A stretch of DNA of 63,793 bases, filler included, from Dimorphilus gyrociliatus (Eukaryota > Animalia > Annelida): assembly GCA_904063045.1 (NCBI GenBank). It is 4 parts of 4 records of this genome, joined end to end, with 100 filler letters (N's around TTAATTAATTAA, not from the genome) between each part and the next. Parts side by side here need not be neighbours in the genome. Positions count along the whole stretch, not along the records: positions 21,143 to 51,940 come from CAJFCJ010000047.1; positions 52,041 to 63,793 come from CAJFCJ010000228.1; 2 more parts are not named here. One strand, 5' to 3'. Below, piece after piece: positions 50,330-61,189 of the stretch. The notes under the pieces were generated by a model. That model was not told where the DNA came from, did not search any database, and was given only the letters and a program-made list of their open reading frames with translations. A program made the position numbers and the translations under genes. Positions within the stretch are counted from its first letter, which is position 1, and each line of letters opens with the position of its first letter.

Positions 50330-51263
50330 ATGAATAGAAAATCAACTGAACGTTCCTTAATTGTAAGGTCCAGTTATGGAAATAACAAAATGGCTATTCC
50401 CAACCAGTATGCTTTTGGTTTAAAATATTTTTTCCTTCTGTTTACCTGTTCCTTAAAAATATTCGCTTCACTAACAGACAAAAGATCATTTCAGTGAATT
50501 TGCTTAAAGAAAGCATTTTCAATAATGGAATAAAACTTGATTATAGGAGAGAAAACTCTGTTTGTCGTGAAACGGAAAATAGGGAAAGCAATTCTTTATC
50601 CAATGTGCAACAGCACCTATTGAACTGTCAGATTGGACCACTACAAATACAACTTGAAACAATAGAAAAGATTGAAAATGTTTCTCAAGGTATAATTTAT
50701 TAATATTGTTAGAAAATTTATCTTTTTCAACTACTTCTGAGTATACATTTTCTCTTTTTTATTATTATACAGGTATCCAAAAGAATGTTAATTATCAACC
50801 TAATCCTTATCATAATGGTTGTCCTGCTCTTCCATCTATTTCTTATCCTAATGGTTATCCTCCTCCTCAAGCTAGTCCTCGTCCCATTGGCTTTCCTGTT
50901 CCTCAACCTAATCCTCATCCTATTGGTTTTTCTGTTCCTCAAGCTAATCCTTATCCCAATAATTGGCTTGTTCCTCAACCTATTTCTTATCCTAATGGTT
51001 ATCCTCCTCCTCAAGCTAGTCCTCATCCCATTGGCTTTCCTGTTCCTCAACCTAATCCTCATCCCATTGGTTTTTCAGTCCCTCAAGCTAATCCTTATCC
51101 CAATAATTGGCTTGTTCCTCAACCAAACCCTTATCCCAATGGTTGTCCTGCTCATCCACCTAATCCTAATGGTTATCCTGCTCTTCAACCTAATCCTTTC
51201 TCCACCAGTTATCCCGCCCCTCAACCTAGGCTTTGTCCAAGTGCTCCTTATCCTAACTCTTAA
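50330..51263 (+). CDS. protein with proline-rich repeat C-terminus; three predicted exons
   Basis: Two GT-AG introns join ATG 50330 in frame to the PNPYPNG-type repeat exon; 144-nt higher-order duplication (50838 / 50982). Confidence 0.55.
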
Positions 51264-51940
51264 TATGGCTCATAATGTCATTAATGACCTTTTATGGATG
51301 AAACAGAAATTATGCACACATGTATGTTTTACCCTAACCCTTAACTCAGCACTTGTCTCTGCCTAACCATTTTTGCTACTCTTAACCCTTTGATCAAACT
51401 TCTCTAGAAGTACAAATCAATGGCAGTTTGAAATCCAAATTCTGTCCTTGAAATATCTTATTTTTGGCAATAAGAATTGCGTTGGCATCAGTTTTCTGGT
51501 TTTTTGTTAAGCCAACGTCTTTATTTTAAATCTCAATCCGAAAATAATATTTAAAGATTGAACAACTTGAAGTGGCAGTATGAACAATGGCTGCTCTTAC
51601 ATTATTCAAACAAGTACTCACCTTTCAATCCAAAAAGTGGAAGTCTTAAAAATGAAATAGATAGTAAAAAAAAAACTTAAAATTAAAGTGAAAATCAGAA
51701 AAAAAAGGAAAGAAAACTTTTCAAGGAAAGTCTTTTTATTTCTCTAAGCCTAACCCCTAATGTTATAAAATTAAACACTTAATGCTTTTAAGGCATATGT
51801 TGTATTTTTGAATTTAAAAACATTCCTACAGATTTTATATCTTGATAAATATAGTTATTACACGTATTAAAGTTAATATTTCTTCTTTCTATTTTCATAC
51901 CAATATCCGTTGTAGATTTGTAGTTGTTGTCCCGGTTTTT

Positions 51941-52040
51941 NNNNNNNNNNNNNNNNNNNNNNNNNNNNNNNNNNNNNNNNNNNNTTAATTAATTAANNNN
52001 NNNNNNNNNNNNNNNNNNNNNNNNNNNNNNNNNNNNNNNN
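51941..52040. other. artificial contig spacer
   Basis: Same 100-bp N/TTAATTAATTAA/N structure. Confidence 0.98.
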
Positions 52041-52579
52041 TTGTTGTTTGATCTATTTTTAATGTTTTTAATTTTTATCATAGATTTTAATATTGTGTTT
52101 TTCTTATGTGAAGCTAGCTTCTCATGTTGAAAGTGTTTGAGTTCAGGATCTTTATTCTCTTCATTAACAAAAGTTGTGCTGTATTCCGTTTCTGTATCGA
52201 TGTACAGTGAAGGTTCATCATCTTCAATTGTGTTTTCATCAAAACTTTGTAAACACTCCATAGGAGTAGGTTCATATTCTATTCCTTGTTCATCATCATT
52301 TTGTTTGATTACTGAAAAAGGCATATTTTCTTCTTTATCATATTTAAGATCTCCAAAACCTTCAGAAGATACGTCTTCTCTTATTATATCATCTGAGTTA
52401 CTCTCTAAAAGTTGATTTTGAACTTTTGTAATCCCATTTGTGCCTCTTAGGGAATTTATTCCCTCATTATCGATTTCTAATTGATTGTTATATAATGTTT
52501 CATGGTTTTGAGAATTAATTAAGATTTTTTTGTTTCTAGTTTCACACTTGTTGTCATAGTCATTATCATCTCCTTTCAT
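52041..52579 (-). CDS. acidic low-complexity hypothetical protein, cut by the contig end
   Basis: ATG 11 nt after the stop of the 987-aa ORF; frame open to the contig edge. Confidence 0.55.
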
Positions 52580-52590
52580 TAAATATTTAA

Positions 52591-55554
52591 TTATTTTATA
52601 GTCTTCTGGTTTTTTAAAAGTTGAAAACTATTTGCTGATATATTGTGTAATCTTAAAAGATGCCCTTCTATCTTATCAGTATATTCAATTCCTAGCTTGA
52701 TATGAAGACTTTTAATATCATAAAAACTTGGGGGGGAATTTATAGATACATTTTCTTTTTTAAGTTTTAGTAAATTAATTCTATTCTCTAATCGTTTAGA
52801 TAGATCTCTTGCTTGTTTTAAAGTTATTAAACCAGAAATTCCAAACCTTACGTCTCTATAGATTTCACCTGTAGTAAAAAATTTAGGAAAAGAATTACTA
52901 ACTGCACAGTAGTAATAGTTATATAATAAAAAAAAGTCTGTCTTCCAATGCCTTCTGTTATCTTTATATATTTTCTGACGCTTAGTTTTAAAAAACTCTG
53001 TTACTTCTTGATTAATTTTTAACACTTTGATATTTTTTTGTATACAGCTCCTTCCAACATATTGTAATTCGAAAACCTTTTTGTTTTTTGCTATTGAATT
53101 TCTATGAAGTAATGATGGATTATAAACATATAATATTTGATCTTTTTCAAAAAGTTCTTTTACCATTTTCACTACTTTGTTGTGGTTTCCATTAAAATTT
53201 TCTTGTAGAGTTGTTTCATAAATGATCTGAACAGAGTACCATCTTTTTGAAAGTTTTTTAGATTTTAAGATATTATTAATAAAAATGCTAAAATCTATTT
53301 TCAGAATGTTTCTACACTTATTTTCATTGTTCTCGTTATTTAATTCGTGTAAATTTTTATTGATTTTTTTGTAAATATCCAATATTTCATTATATAATGC
53401 TCCAATCCTTTCCTTTGGAGATTTTAAATTCATTAATTCGAGATATACTTTCAGATATCTAGTCTCTAAGGTTGTATAATTATAAGAATATTCTAATAAC
53501 TTATTTACTTTGACTTTTTTATCATTGTCAGTTAAATCTTTTACATATTCTGCCCACGTCTTTTCTATGCTATTAAACAATTGATACGGGTCTAAATTAT
53601 TATTATATGTTTCATACAGTTTGTTTATTTTACTCTTGTCGAATACATGGCTATTTTTGGATCCTTTTAGGATATTTTCAAAAAAAATTAGCTCATAAAA
53701 GGCAACCTTTAAAATACTATCTAGATTTTTATATTCTAAGTTTACTATTTCATAATACTTTTCCATAAGTTTTTGTAAAAAATTTAGAATCTTATTAGTT
53801 GGGATTTCCATGAAGTTATCTGCATCATTATGTTTATAAAAGAGATTAGGTATATCAGTTGCAGTTATGTAGCCAGTACGACATTCAAATCTTAATGGAA
53901 AAGTAGTGTTTTTTTTTATTTTTATATTTTGATTTATTTGTTTTATAAATTTTTCAAATTTGATTTGTATATTAATAGATGATTTAGTTGGAATTATTTT
54001 TCTGATTAAGGTAAGGAAAGAAAATGGAAAGTTTATTTTCTTTTTTATAAACATCACTGTAAAAATGCTCGATTGGATCTGATTATATATATTTAGCTTT
54101 ATTAGTACATTAGGCATAACTAATCTATTTTTTTTATTGTTTGTTTTTAAATTATAATAAATGTTATAAGCTGTGCTTGTTCCAAGCTGTTTAATAAAAA
54201 AATCTTTGTCTTTATCTTTTTGCTCGCTTATAAAATAGGTTTTGCCTATTGCATTTTTCACTATAGCATTAATTGTATAATCTACTACTAATGTAGATGA
54301 TGCTGCTTTGCTTAATTTTTTATTTACTATTTCGTAAAAATCTTCTATTTTTATACTATCATTAAGGTTAGTTTTTGTACCTAGAGCTTCATAAAATATA
54401 AAAGAGTCTTTCAGAATTTCATTTTCTAAAAATACCTTTTTTAGGTTGACAAAGTTATCTTCACTTACCACCATATCTATAGTATTATTTGATGTTTTTG
54501 AACAGTTAATATTGTTATTTCGATCATAAGAATATGTTTTCTTTTGAAATACTGGTCTTTCAAGTATTAAAGAAAACATATCTTCTAAATAATGTTTCTC
54601 ATAAAAAGTTTTTAGCACATGGTAAAGCTCATTAAAAAAAACTTCTTCGCTGATATAAGTAAATGGAAGGCATATATAAATATTGATTTTCATTCCATAT
54701 AAACAAAAAAAACCAATTAGTATATTTTGTGTTTTTTTTACAGAAAATATTTTGTTTTCGTAAGAAAAAAACCCTGTTTTCGTCCAAATTTTATTTTTAT
54801 TATACTTAGTTTCACTTAGGTTTATATATATAACTTCATTGTTCAAAAAATTTTCACTACTTTTTATATCATAAAAACCGTAGATAGCGTCTATATCGCT
54901 ACGAAATTCATTAAAATGTTTATTTTTTGATTTTGTGTTTATCAGTGGAAGGTTTTTATTACTTTTTATAACAAAAGTTTTATAAAGTAGATTAGTATTG
55001 GACAAATCAAAGAAAAGTGGTTTTTGATAATATTCTGGATTTTCAACCATTAAATATAGAAATCGAAGCATTTTATTATTAATAATCTCCTGTTGTTTAT
55101 TAAAAAATTGGTATAGTCTAAGAATGTTAGGAAGACGAAAGTATATTAATTTTCCATTTCTGCTCCTTCTTACATTTAAATAATAGTTAAATTTATTATT
55201 TTGCAGATAAATATTATCAATTTCAATATTTATTTCAAAAAAATGATGTATCAAATATAAAACTAAACACGACATTCGATTTGATGATGATAATAGAGGA
55301 GGTTCTGTAATTGAGAAACTGGGAAAAATAGACCTTAAAAATGTGATTTTTCTCTTTTCATTTTTTGTTTGTAGTTTATTTAGAAAATTGTGAAAAACCT
55401 GATATATTTCATTAAAAAGATAGATTTTATCAGTTTCACTGAATTTTTTTAGAATTTCTACTAAAGTGTTACTTAGTTTTTCGGAATCTGAAAATCTTTC
55501 TATTTTAAAAAAACCTTCATATGAATTATTATTATTATTATCTTTTGTTGTCAT
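52591..55554 (-). CDS. 987-aa hypothetical protein, unassigned
   Basis: Uninterrupted 2964-nt frame in very AT-rich DNA; GGG motif 4 nt before the ATG; non-random motifs DIDAIYGF, FYEALGTK and PLRFECR. Confidence 0.85.
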   Translation of the reverse strand: MTTKDNNNNNSYEGFFKIERFSDSEKLSNTLVEILKKFSETDKIYLFNEIYQVFHNFLNKLQTKNEKRKITFLRSIFPSFSITEPPLLSSSNRMSCLVLYLIHHFFEINIEIDNIYLQNNKFNYYLNVRRSRNGKLIYFRLPNILRLYQFFNKQQEIINNKMLRFLYLMVENPEYYQKPLFFDLSNTNLLYKTFVIKSNKNLPLINTKSKNKHFNEFRSDIDAIYGFYDIKSSENFLNNEVIYINLSETKYNKNKIWTKTGFFSYENKIFSVKKTQNILIGFFCLYGMKINIYICLPFTYISEEVFFNELYHVLKTFYEKHYLEDMFSLILERPVFQKKTYSYDRNNNINCSKTSNNTIDMVVSEDNFVNLKKVFLENEILKDSFIFYEALGTKTNLNDSIKIEDFYEIVNKKLSKAASSTLVVDYTINAIVKNAIGKTYFISEQKDKDKDFFIKQLGTSTAYNIYYNLKTNNKKNRLVMPNVLIKLNIYNQIQSSIFTVMFIKKKINFPFSFLTLIRKIIPTKSSINIQIKFEKFIKQINQNIKIKKNTTFPLRFECRTGYITATDIPNLFYKHNDADNFMEIPTNKILNFLQKLMEKYYEIVNLEYKNLDSILKVAFYELIFFENILKGSKNSHVFDKSKINKLYETYNNNLDPYQLFNSIEKTWAEYVKDLTDNDKKVKVNKLLEYSYNYTTLETRYLKVYLELMNLKSPKERIGALYNEILDIYKKINKNLHELNNENNENKCRNILKIDFSIFINNILKSKKLSKRWYSVQIIYETTLQENFNGNHNKVVKMVKELFEKDQILYVYNPSLLHRNSIAKNKKVFELQYVGRSCIQKNIKVLKINQEVTEFFKTKRQKIYKDNRRHWKTDFFLLYNYYYCAVSNSFPKFFTTGEIYRDVRFGISGLITLKQARDLSKRLENRINLLKLKKENVSINSPPSFYDIKSLHIKLGIEYTDKIEGHLLRLHNISANSFQLLKNQKTIK

Positions 55555-55720
55555 TATGCCCTTTCGTAAGGAAAATGTTTATATACTTTTAATTGATTTA
55601 GATCAAAAATTTGGAGGTAATAATAATTAATAACATACCATTATTTTCGGGTTTAGTTAGCGTTAAGTATTGTTTATTTTATTTATTTATTTGGATATAA
55701 AAAAGATTCGATAAATAAAT

Positions 55721-56905
55721 GGTTAATGGGAATTATAAGGGTTTTTTGGAATTATAAGGGTTTTTTGAAAATTTTTAAAAATTACTAAAAAATAAAAATT
55801 TTTGTTAAAATGAGGAATTATTAAAATAACTATAAATTAGAGTTTATTAATTCGTTGAACTCTGCCTCATATGAATTACTAGAGAAGAGAACTATTATTT
55901 CATTAAATCTTTTAAATTTATCTACTTTTCTAAACCAAATTGATTGTAATAAATAAAGAAATTGTAAGTCCTTGCAATTGACATGCTTTCTGATCTCTCT
56001 TTTACTCGTACTCCAAAAACATTCGATGTTTTGAGTATGCACATCAGGATTATGTGGGTTTACAAAATTGTATGTATGATTTACGGTCTCATGTCCAAAA
56101 TCATCAGTCTCTGCCAGAGCAGCTTTATAAGCACTCCACTCATCTGTAATAATTGTGGTGCCTATCTCTACATTATCTAATATAACTCTTTTAAGAGTTT
56201 CTTTCTTTTTATCAGGTACCTGTACAACAAAAATATTTGATGTACCTCTTTCGATTCCACCAACATACCAGCATTGCTCTAATAGCCTTCCTCGATTATA
56301 CTTTCTTTTAAAAAATAAACTTTCATCAATTTCAACGATTTTAGGTAGACACTCTTCATTAATTCCACCTATACGTGTTCTAGTAATATTTAAATTTAAG
56401 GCAATAGCCTCTAAAATAATTTTATCCCATTTAGAAACAGTTTTTCTACATATACTAAAACTGTGTCCTATCACACATTTGTTGATTCCAAAAAGTAGTT
56501 TCCTTATGATTTTTAATAAAATTTTTAATGGCATTCTTGATTTATAAAAAAAACTTCCATATCTTACGGATTGTTTTTTCTTGCACTGTCTACAAATAAA
56601 TTTGAAACCATCTGTTATTTTTCTATCCTCGTGTAAATACATCTTTATGTCACATGGTTGACATATTTGATTGTTGTTTAATAATCTCCATCTAGCCATA
56701 AACATAATTATATCCTTTTTCCTAGATAAGGATTCTATATAATCAGCAGTTAAATTATATGATTTTATTTCAGAAAAAGATAATATTTCTGACTCAGGAA
56801 CAATAAAATTAAAATTTTTAATATTAACCATTTTTTAAGGGAGGGTCCTTGAAAATTTTCAAAAAACCCTTATAATTCCAAAAAACCCTTATAATTCCCA
56901 TAACC
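55721..56905 (-). mobile_element. Merlin (IS1016/IS1595-like) DNA transposon, 1185 bp
   Basis: ~55-bp TIRs starting GG, each containing a tandem GGAATTATAAGGGTTTTTT unit; no TSD seen. Confidence 0.9.
55830..56831 (-). CDS. Merlin/ISXO2-type DDE transposase, 333 aa
   Basis: N-terminal CxxC..CxxC; VEIDES; KYNRGR; WYVGGIER; IITDEW; VNH; HTQNIE. Confidence 0.95.
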   Translation of the reverse strand: MVNIKNFNFIVPESEILSFSEIKSYNLTADYIESLSRKKDIIMFMARWRLLNNNQICQPCDIKMYLHEDRKITDGFKFICRQCKKKQSVRYGSFFYKSRMPLKILLKIIRKLLFGINKCVIGHSFSICRKTVSKWDKIILEAIALNLNITRTRIGGINEECLPKIVEIDESLFFKRKYNRGRLLEQCWYVGGIERGTSNIFVVQVPDKKKETLKRVILDNVEIGTTIITDEWSAYKAALAETDDFGHETVNHTYNFVNPHNPDVHTQNIECFWSTSKREIRKHVNCKDLQFLYLLQSIWFRKVDKFKRFNEIIVLFSSNSYEAEFNELINSNL

Positions 56906-57007
56906 TCTTAGTATACTAAATGAATAGAATATCAATAGTATTATTGATATATCATGTAAAATAACTAGTCTCTGACGTATTATATATGCTTCTAAATTAA
57001 AAATAAT

Positions 57008-57451
57008 TCACTTACTTATCAAATATTGACTTGTTCCTATCAACTTATTATAAAAATTTATACAATAAGCTAAGAACTGTCTCATTATATACCATGTATA
57101 TATAAATTCTACTAATCTTATTATAACTTCTAACGATAGAATTATATATATAAAAATATTATTACCAAACTCCTTAATTAATCTTAGATTCATTGTTATC
57201 ATAAGCAGAGTATTAAAAATCATTTGTATGAAATAAGATTGTAGATGTGAAATATTCTTGGTTAATATACTTATGACTATCCAAATAGGATGAACTACTA
57301 ATGATGTCAGAAATAGTGTTATTTCATGTTTTAATAAAAATGTTGTATTTTTGTCAACATTAGCTACAAATAAAGAAATAACCGTAAGTACAAAAACCAA
57401 CATATTTATAATAATATAATTTTTAATAATTACTTCATCTGTTCTGATCAT
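57008..57451 (-). CDS. small multi-pass membrane protein, 147 aa
   Basis: About four hydrophobic segments separated by short polar loops. Confidence 0.6.
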   Translation of the reverse strand: MIRTDEVIIKNYIIINMLVFVLTVISLFVANVDKNTTFLLKHEITLFLTSLVVHPIWIVISILTKNISHLQSYFIQMIFNTLLMITMNLRLIKEFGNNIFIYIILSLEVIIRLVEFIYTWYIMRQFLAYCINFYNKLIGTSQYLISK

Positions 57452-57691
57452 ATCTTTGATTGTAAAATTTAATTAAAACCAGAAATCAAACAATTTTGTT
57501 TTAAAAAAATATACAAATTTTTTATTAATTTTATAATTATTTTTATTGAATGAATTATTTTTATAAATGAATTTATAAAATTATTTTTATTAATTGAATT
57601 ACATTTGATACAATTGAATTTATAATAATTTAAAAATTCTATTATGAAAATTATTTTTACTAATTTCATATTTTTACTAATTAAACCCTTA

Positions 57692-59272
57692 ATGGATCCC
57701 TCGTTTTCTATTGCTTTTAATCCTGTAGATAAAATGAATAGTGTCAAGAATCAAGAAAAGGAGATTCAAGACCTTAAAAAAGAGAACTTCGAGTTAAAGC
57801 ATCAAATATCACATTTAAAGTCTGCTTCAAGCAACAATGAAGTTGAAAAAGTTTTACAAAACGCTCAAAAAAGTATTCAAATTCTAGAAAATGAAAAAGA
57901 AAGAATAAATCAAGAATTCAAAAATTTTAAAGATAGAGAAACTATAAACATACAAAATTTATCAGAAGAAAACCAAAGACTTATAACTTATATAGAAACT
58001 ATGAATTCTAAAAACAAAGATACTTCATCAGAAAAGAATAAACTAGTAAATCAATTATCATTGAAAGATGCTCAGATTGATCATTTAAAAAAAGATTTAT
58101 CTAATAAAAATTATAGTTTAGAGAACCTGAAACATGAATTAAATAGTAAAACAGAAAAATTAGAATGCATAAATACAGAAAAAATAAACTTAGAACAAAA
58201 ATTTTTAGAAATCAACAGAAATAATGAAATATTGAACTCTAATTTACTAAATACAAATAAAGAACTTGAAAATATGAAAAAAACACAAAACTATACAATT
58301 TTTGAAGGAAGGAAAATTAAACTAGAAAATAAAAATTATGAACAAAAATGCATAAACATGGAAAAAATAATAAACAATTGCAAATTAGAAATTGAAAATA
58401 AAAACAATCAAATAGCGGAAGAAAAGAGACACTACGATAAAGAGATAGAGAAAATAATGAATATAAATTTTGATCTCTCTAGAAAAATTGAAAGTGTAGA
58501 AAAATTACTTCCAAATTACAAAAAAGAAGTTGAAGAAAAAAAACTTGAAATTCTAAATTTACAGAATAAATTATCAAATTATAAAGATTCTTATGAAAAC
58601 AACAAAAAAGAAATCATAGAACAAAGTAATTCATATAATAAGAAATTAGAATTAAAGTTTAAATCAATTCTAGAAGAAAAAAATGAAAATATTTATAAAT
58701 TAGATAACATTAGAAAAGAAATGAAAAAACAAATTGAAGAGAAGAAACAATCGTGTAAAGAAATTGCAAAAAAATATAATTTAGAAGTAGAAAATAGAAT
58801 TTTAATTGAAAAAAGGTTTTTAAATTTTGTAAAAAAAACTAAACATTTCAGTTCTATTGCCTTTTCTAAAATAGACCAAATTTCTAAGAATATGAATAAA
58901 TTTAAAATTAGTAAAAGCAATGAAATTGAACTGAAAAAACAAAATTGTTACCATAAAAATATTAACAAAATGATTTCAAATTTATTAAATAAAAATAAAA
59001 AAAATAATTCAACTGATAAGAATAGAATACTTTTAGAATTTAATAATGAATTTAAAAATGCTAAAAATGAATTATTAGAGGTTCAAGAATATATTTTAAA
59101 GAAAGCAAAACAAAATAAAATTTTAGAAAATGAATTAAAAAAGTTCAAATTGGCTTTTGAAAAGGTTAAAAAAAAATATGAAAACAACAAATTACAAAGT
59201 ATAAAATTATTGGATGAAATAAAGAGAAAAGATAAAATTTTGTATAAAATAAATGGTATAAAACAGTTTTAA
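57692..59272 (+). CDS. coiled-coil protein with centrosomin N-terminal (CM1/Cnn_1N) motif; Mto1/Spc110-like gamma-tubulin complex receptor
   Basis: VKNQEKEIQDLKKENFELKHQISHL matches CM1 (KEqe..i..LkKENF.LKlri..L); rest is heptad-rich; CCC motif 3 nt before ATG 57692. Confidence 0.78.
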   Translation: MDPSFSIAFNPVDKMNSVKNQEKEIQDLKKENFELKHQISHLKSASSNNEVEKVLQNAQKSIQILENEKERINQEFKNFKDRETINIQNLSEENQRLITYIETMNSKNKDTSSEKNKLVNQLSLKDAQIDHLKKDLSNKNYSLENLKHELNSKTEKLECINTEKINLEQKFLEINRNNEILNSNLLNTNKELENMKKTQNYTIFEGRKIKLENKNYEQKCINMEKIINNCKLEIENKNNQIAEEKRHYDKEIEKIMNINFDLSRKIESVEKLLPNYKKEVEEKKLEILNLQNKLSNYKDSYENNKKEIIEQSNSYNKKLELKFKSILEEKNENIYKLDNIRKEMKKQIEEKKQSCKEIAKKYNLEVENRILIEKRFLNFVKKTKHFSSIAFSKIDQISKNMNKFKISKSNEIELKKQNCYHKNINKMISNLLNKNKKNNSTDKNRILLEFNNEFKNAKNELLEVQEYILKKAKQNKILENELKKFKLAFEKVKKKYENNKLQSIKLLDEIKRKDKILYKINGIKQF

Positions 59273-59304
59273 TAATTTAATATAAATATTTAGAATGTTC
59301 TAAA

Positions 59305-59445
59305 ATAATTTATGTTTGCATTAGAATGTAAGTTATATAATTTATGTTTGTATTAGATATAATAAGTTATATAATTTATGTTTGTATTAGAATATAAGTT
59401 ATATAAATTATATGATTAGATATGAATATAAATTATATGTTTTGT
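59305..59445. repeat. AT-rich ~33-35-bp tandem repeat between convergent genes
   Basis: TATAATTTATGTTTGTATTAGA..TAAGTTA repeated about 3-4 times. Confidence 0.75.
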
Positions 59446-59483
59446 AAATTATTAATAAATATCATTTAAATATTTTCTTTTAA

Positions 59484-60991
59484 TTAACAGCCTTCATTAG
59501 AAGTTGGTTCTACACCTAAGGCTTTTGCAACTGCTTGATAACACGAATATCTTTTTTCAGATGCTGACGAATCTCCACCCCCGCATTCAATTGGTCCATT
59601 TATTGCTTTAGTAGTTTGTCCAAATGTAGGATTATCTCCTGTTTGTTTAATTACCATAGAATTCAAATACCAAATTGCAGTTTGCATGGCCAAGTCGGGG
59701 TCTTCTGCCACCTGTTCAGGATTCTGTACTAATTGATCTCCTAACCCCAAAGCTTCACCTGCTTTTCTGTAATTTTCTGCCCAGCTCAGTTGAATAAACC
59801 CTCTCCCGTGGTAACTTTTACCTTCAACGCCTGTGTTATCATTATAATCATTTGCACATGCATCTGGATTTTCTTTACATTTAATTTCCTCTAAATGAAC
59901 CAAACCACCTGTTTCATGAATTATCTGAGCTAAAAACATTGCTGCTAAATCTTTACTTTCAAAATTTTGGTTTATTCCTTCTGCTACAGGACTTAAATAT
60001 TGTGGATTAGGATCATAGCTACAGCCAGTTAAGGCTTGTGATATTTCTTCTTCAGATACTATACTTCCACCACCTCCGCCTGAACTACTTTTTCCTCCGC
60101 TGGATCCACCTTTACCACCCCGCTTCCAGTACCTGATTGACCACTAGATTGCTTATTAGAAGTGGATTGTTGGCTGGTTTGTTGAGTACCACCACTTTGT
60201 ACCTGTTGTTGTGGCTGTTGAAGAGAATTTGATTTGTTGTTTTTTGTATTCAAGTTAGAAGAACCTGAGGGTGTTTTTTGGCTTCCACTCTGTCCTTGTT
60301 CTGGCTGTTGAAGAGAACCTTGCTTGTTAGTGCTTTGTGTTAAATTAGAACTTAGACCTGTTTTGTTTAAGCTTTGTTTATTGCTATTACCGTTTTTAGA
60401 CTTAGAATTAAGGTTACTAGAGGATTGTCCTCTAGAAATCAAATTAGAGCCTTGATTGATTTTGTTTACCCCCATTTTAGGTTTTAATAAACTCTTATTA
60501 TTTAAATTTCCACTTTTATGTAATTGAATATTCCTTAGTTTAACAAAATTTCCTTCCTTATTATTTTTAACTTTTCTCACTAAAAGATATTCTCCATTAC
60601 CACCTTCTTTACTTTCATTTTCTTCAGAAATAATTTTTTTAAGTTTTTCTATCAATTTTTCACGTTTACTTCCTTTTTTATTTGTTGAAGTAACTTTTGG
60701 TTTATTCTTAATAACTGGACTTTGACTTACAACTTTATTCTTTTCTGTTTTGGTGTTAAAGGCACCGTTTATTACCTTATCAATAACATCACTTCCTTTT
60801 TTTGCCATTAAACAAGATAACGCACCACCTGTTATATTACAATTTGTATGCTCTGGACAGTTTATAGCAGTCCACTTTCCATTTAAATTACAGCTTCTCA
60901 AAATATTATTTTTACACTCTCCTGATCCTGCCAAACAAATATCTTGAGTATTGATTAATTGTAAGAATAACATAAAATATGAAATAATCAA
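59484..60991 (-). CDS. secreted GH19 endochitinase with N-terminal Cys-rich chitin-binding-like module and long K/N/S/Q/G linker; one-base frameshift at 60118-60121
   Basis: CLAGSGEC..SC..GKWTAINC..TNC; adding one G gives GSGGGKGGSSGG..IVSEEEISQAL leading into MFLAQIIHETGG, YHGRGFIQLSW and INGPIEC. Confidence 0.88.
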
Positions 60992-61189
60992 CCTTTTTTT
61001 AAATTATATTGAAACGAATATTATTTTCATACTAGAATTGTTTCAGCAGAATAAATTTTAATTGGATAGTAAAAATACCTAATTAGAAACTTTAATATCA
61101 TTTGTCAATAATGAAAGGTTCTTTTGTCTTCTACCAATTGTATTATTATTTCTTATTTTTATTAGTATTATTATTATATATATTTTAAT

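Noticed and set aside
50727-51366. Arg-rich antisense ORF (50727-51062) and Leu/Ile-rich ORF (50785-51366)
   Set aside because: Alternative-frame shadows of the Pro-rich minisatellite.
10359-52040. TTAATTAATTAA palindrome recurring three times in N gaps, and ORFs running into them (10171-10410, 51989-52579)
   Set aside because: Standard six-frame-stop concatenation linker; not biological, and gene neighbourhoods across it are meaningless.
57644-57691. Upstream ATG extending the CM1 protein by 16 hydrophobic residues
   Set aside because: ATG 57692 has the CCC signal and places the CM1 motif near the N-terminus, as in the family.
57469-57747. 92-aa Ile/Lys/Asn-rich ORF
   Set aside because: Runs through near-pure AT intergenic DNA and overlaps the CM1 gene start; likely spurious.
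60059-60121. Programmed ribosomal frameshift in the chitinase
   Set aside because: No canonical slippery heptamer, and two similar one-base homopolymer losses occur nearby; sequencing error is simpler.
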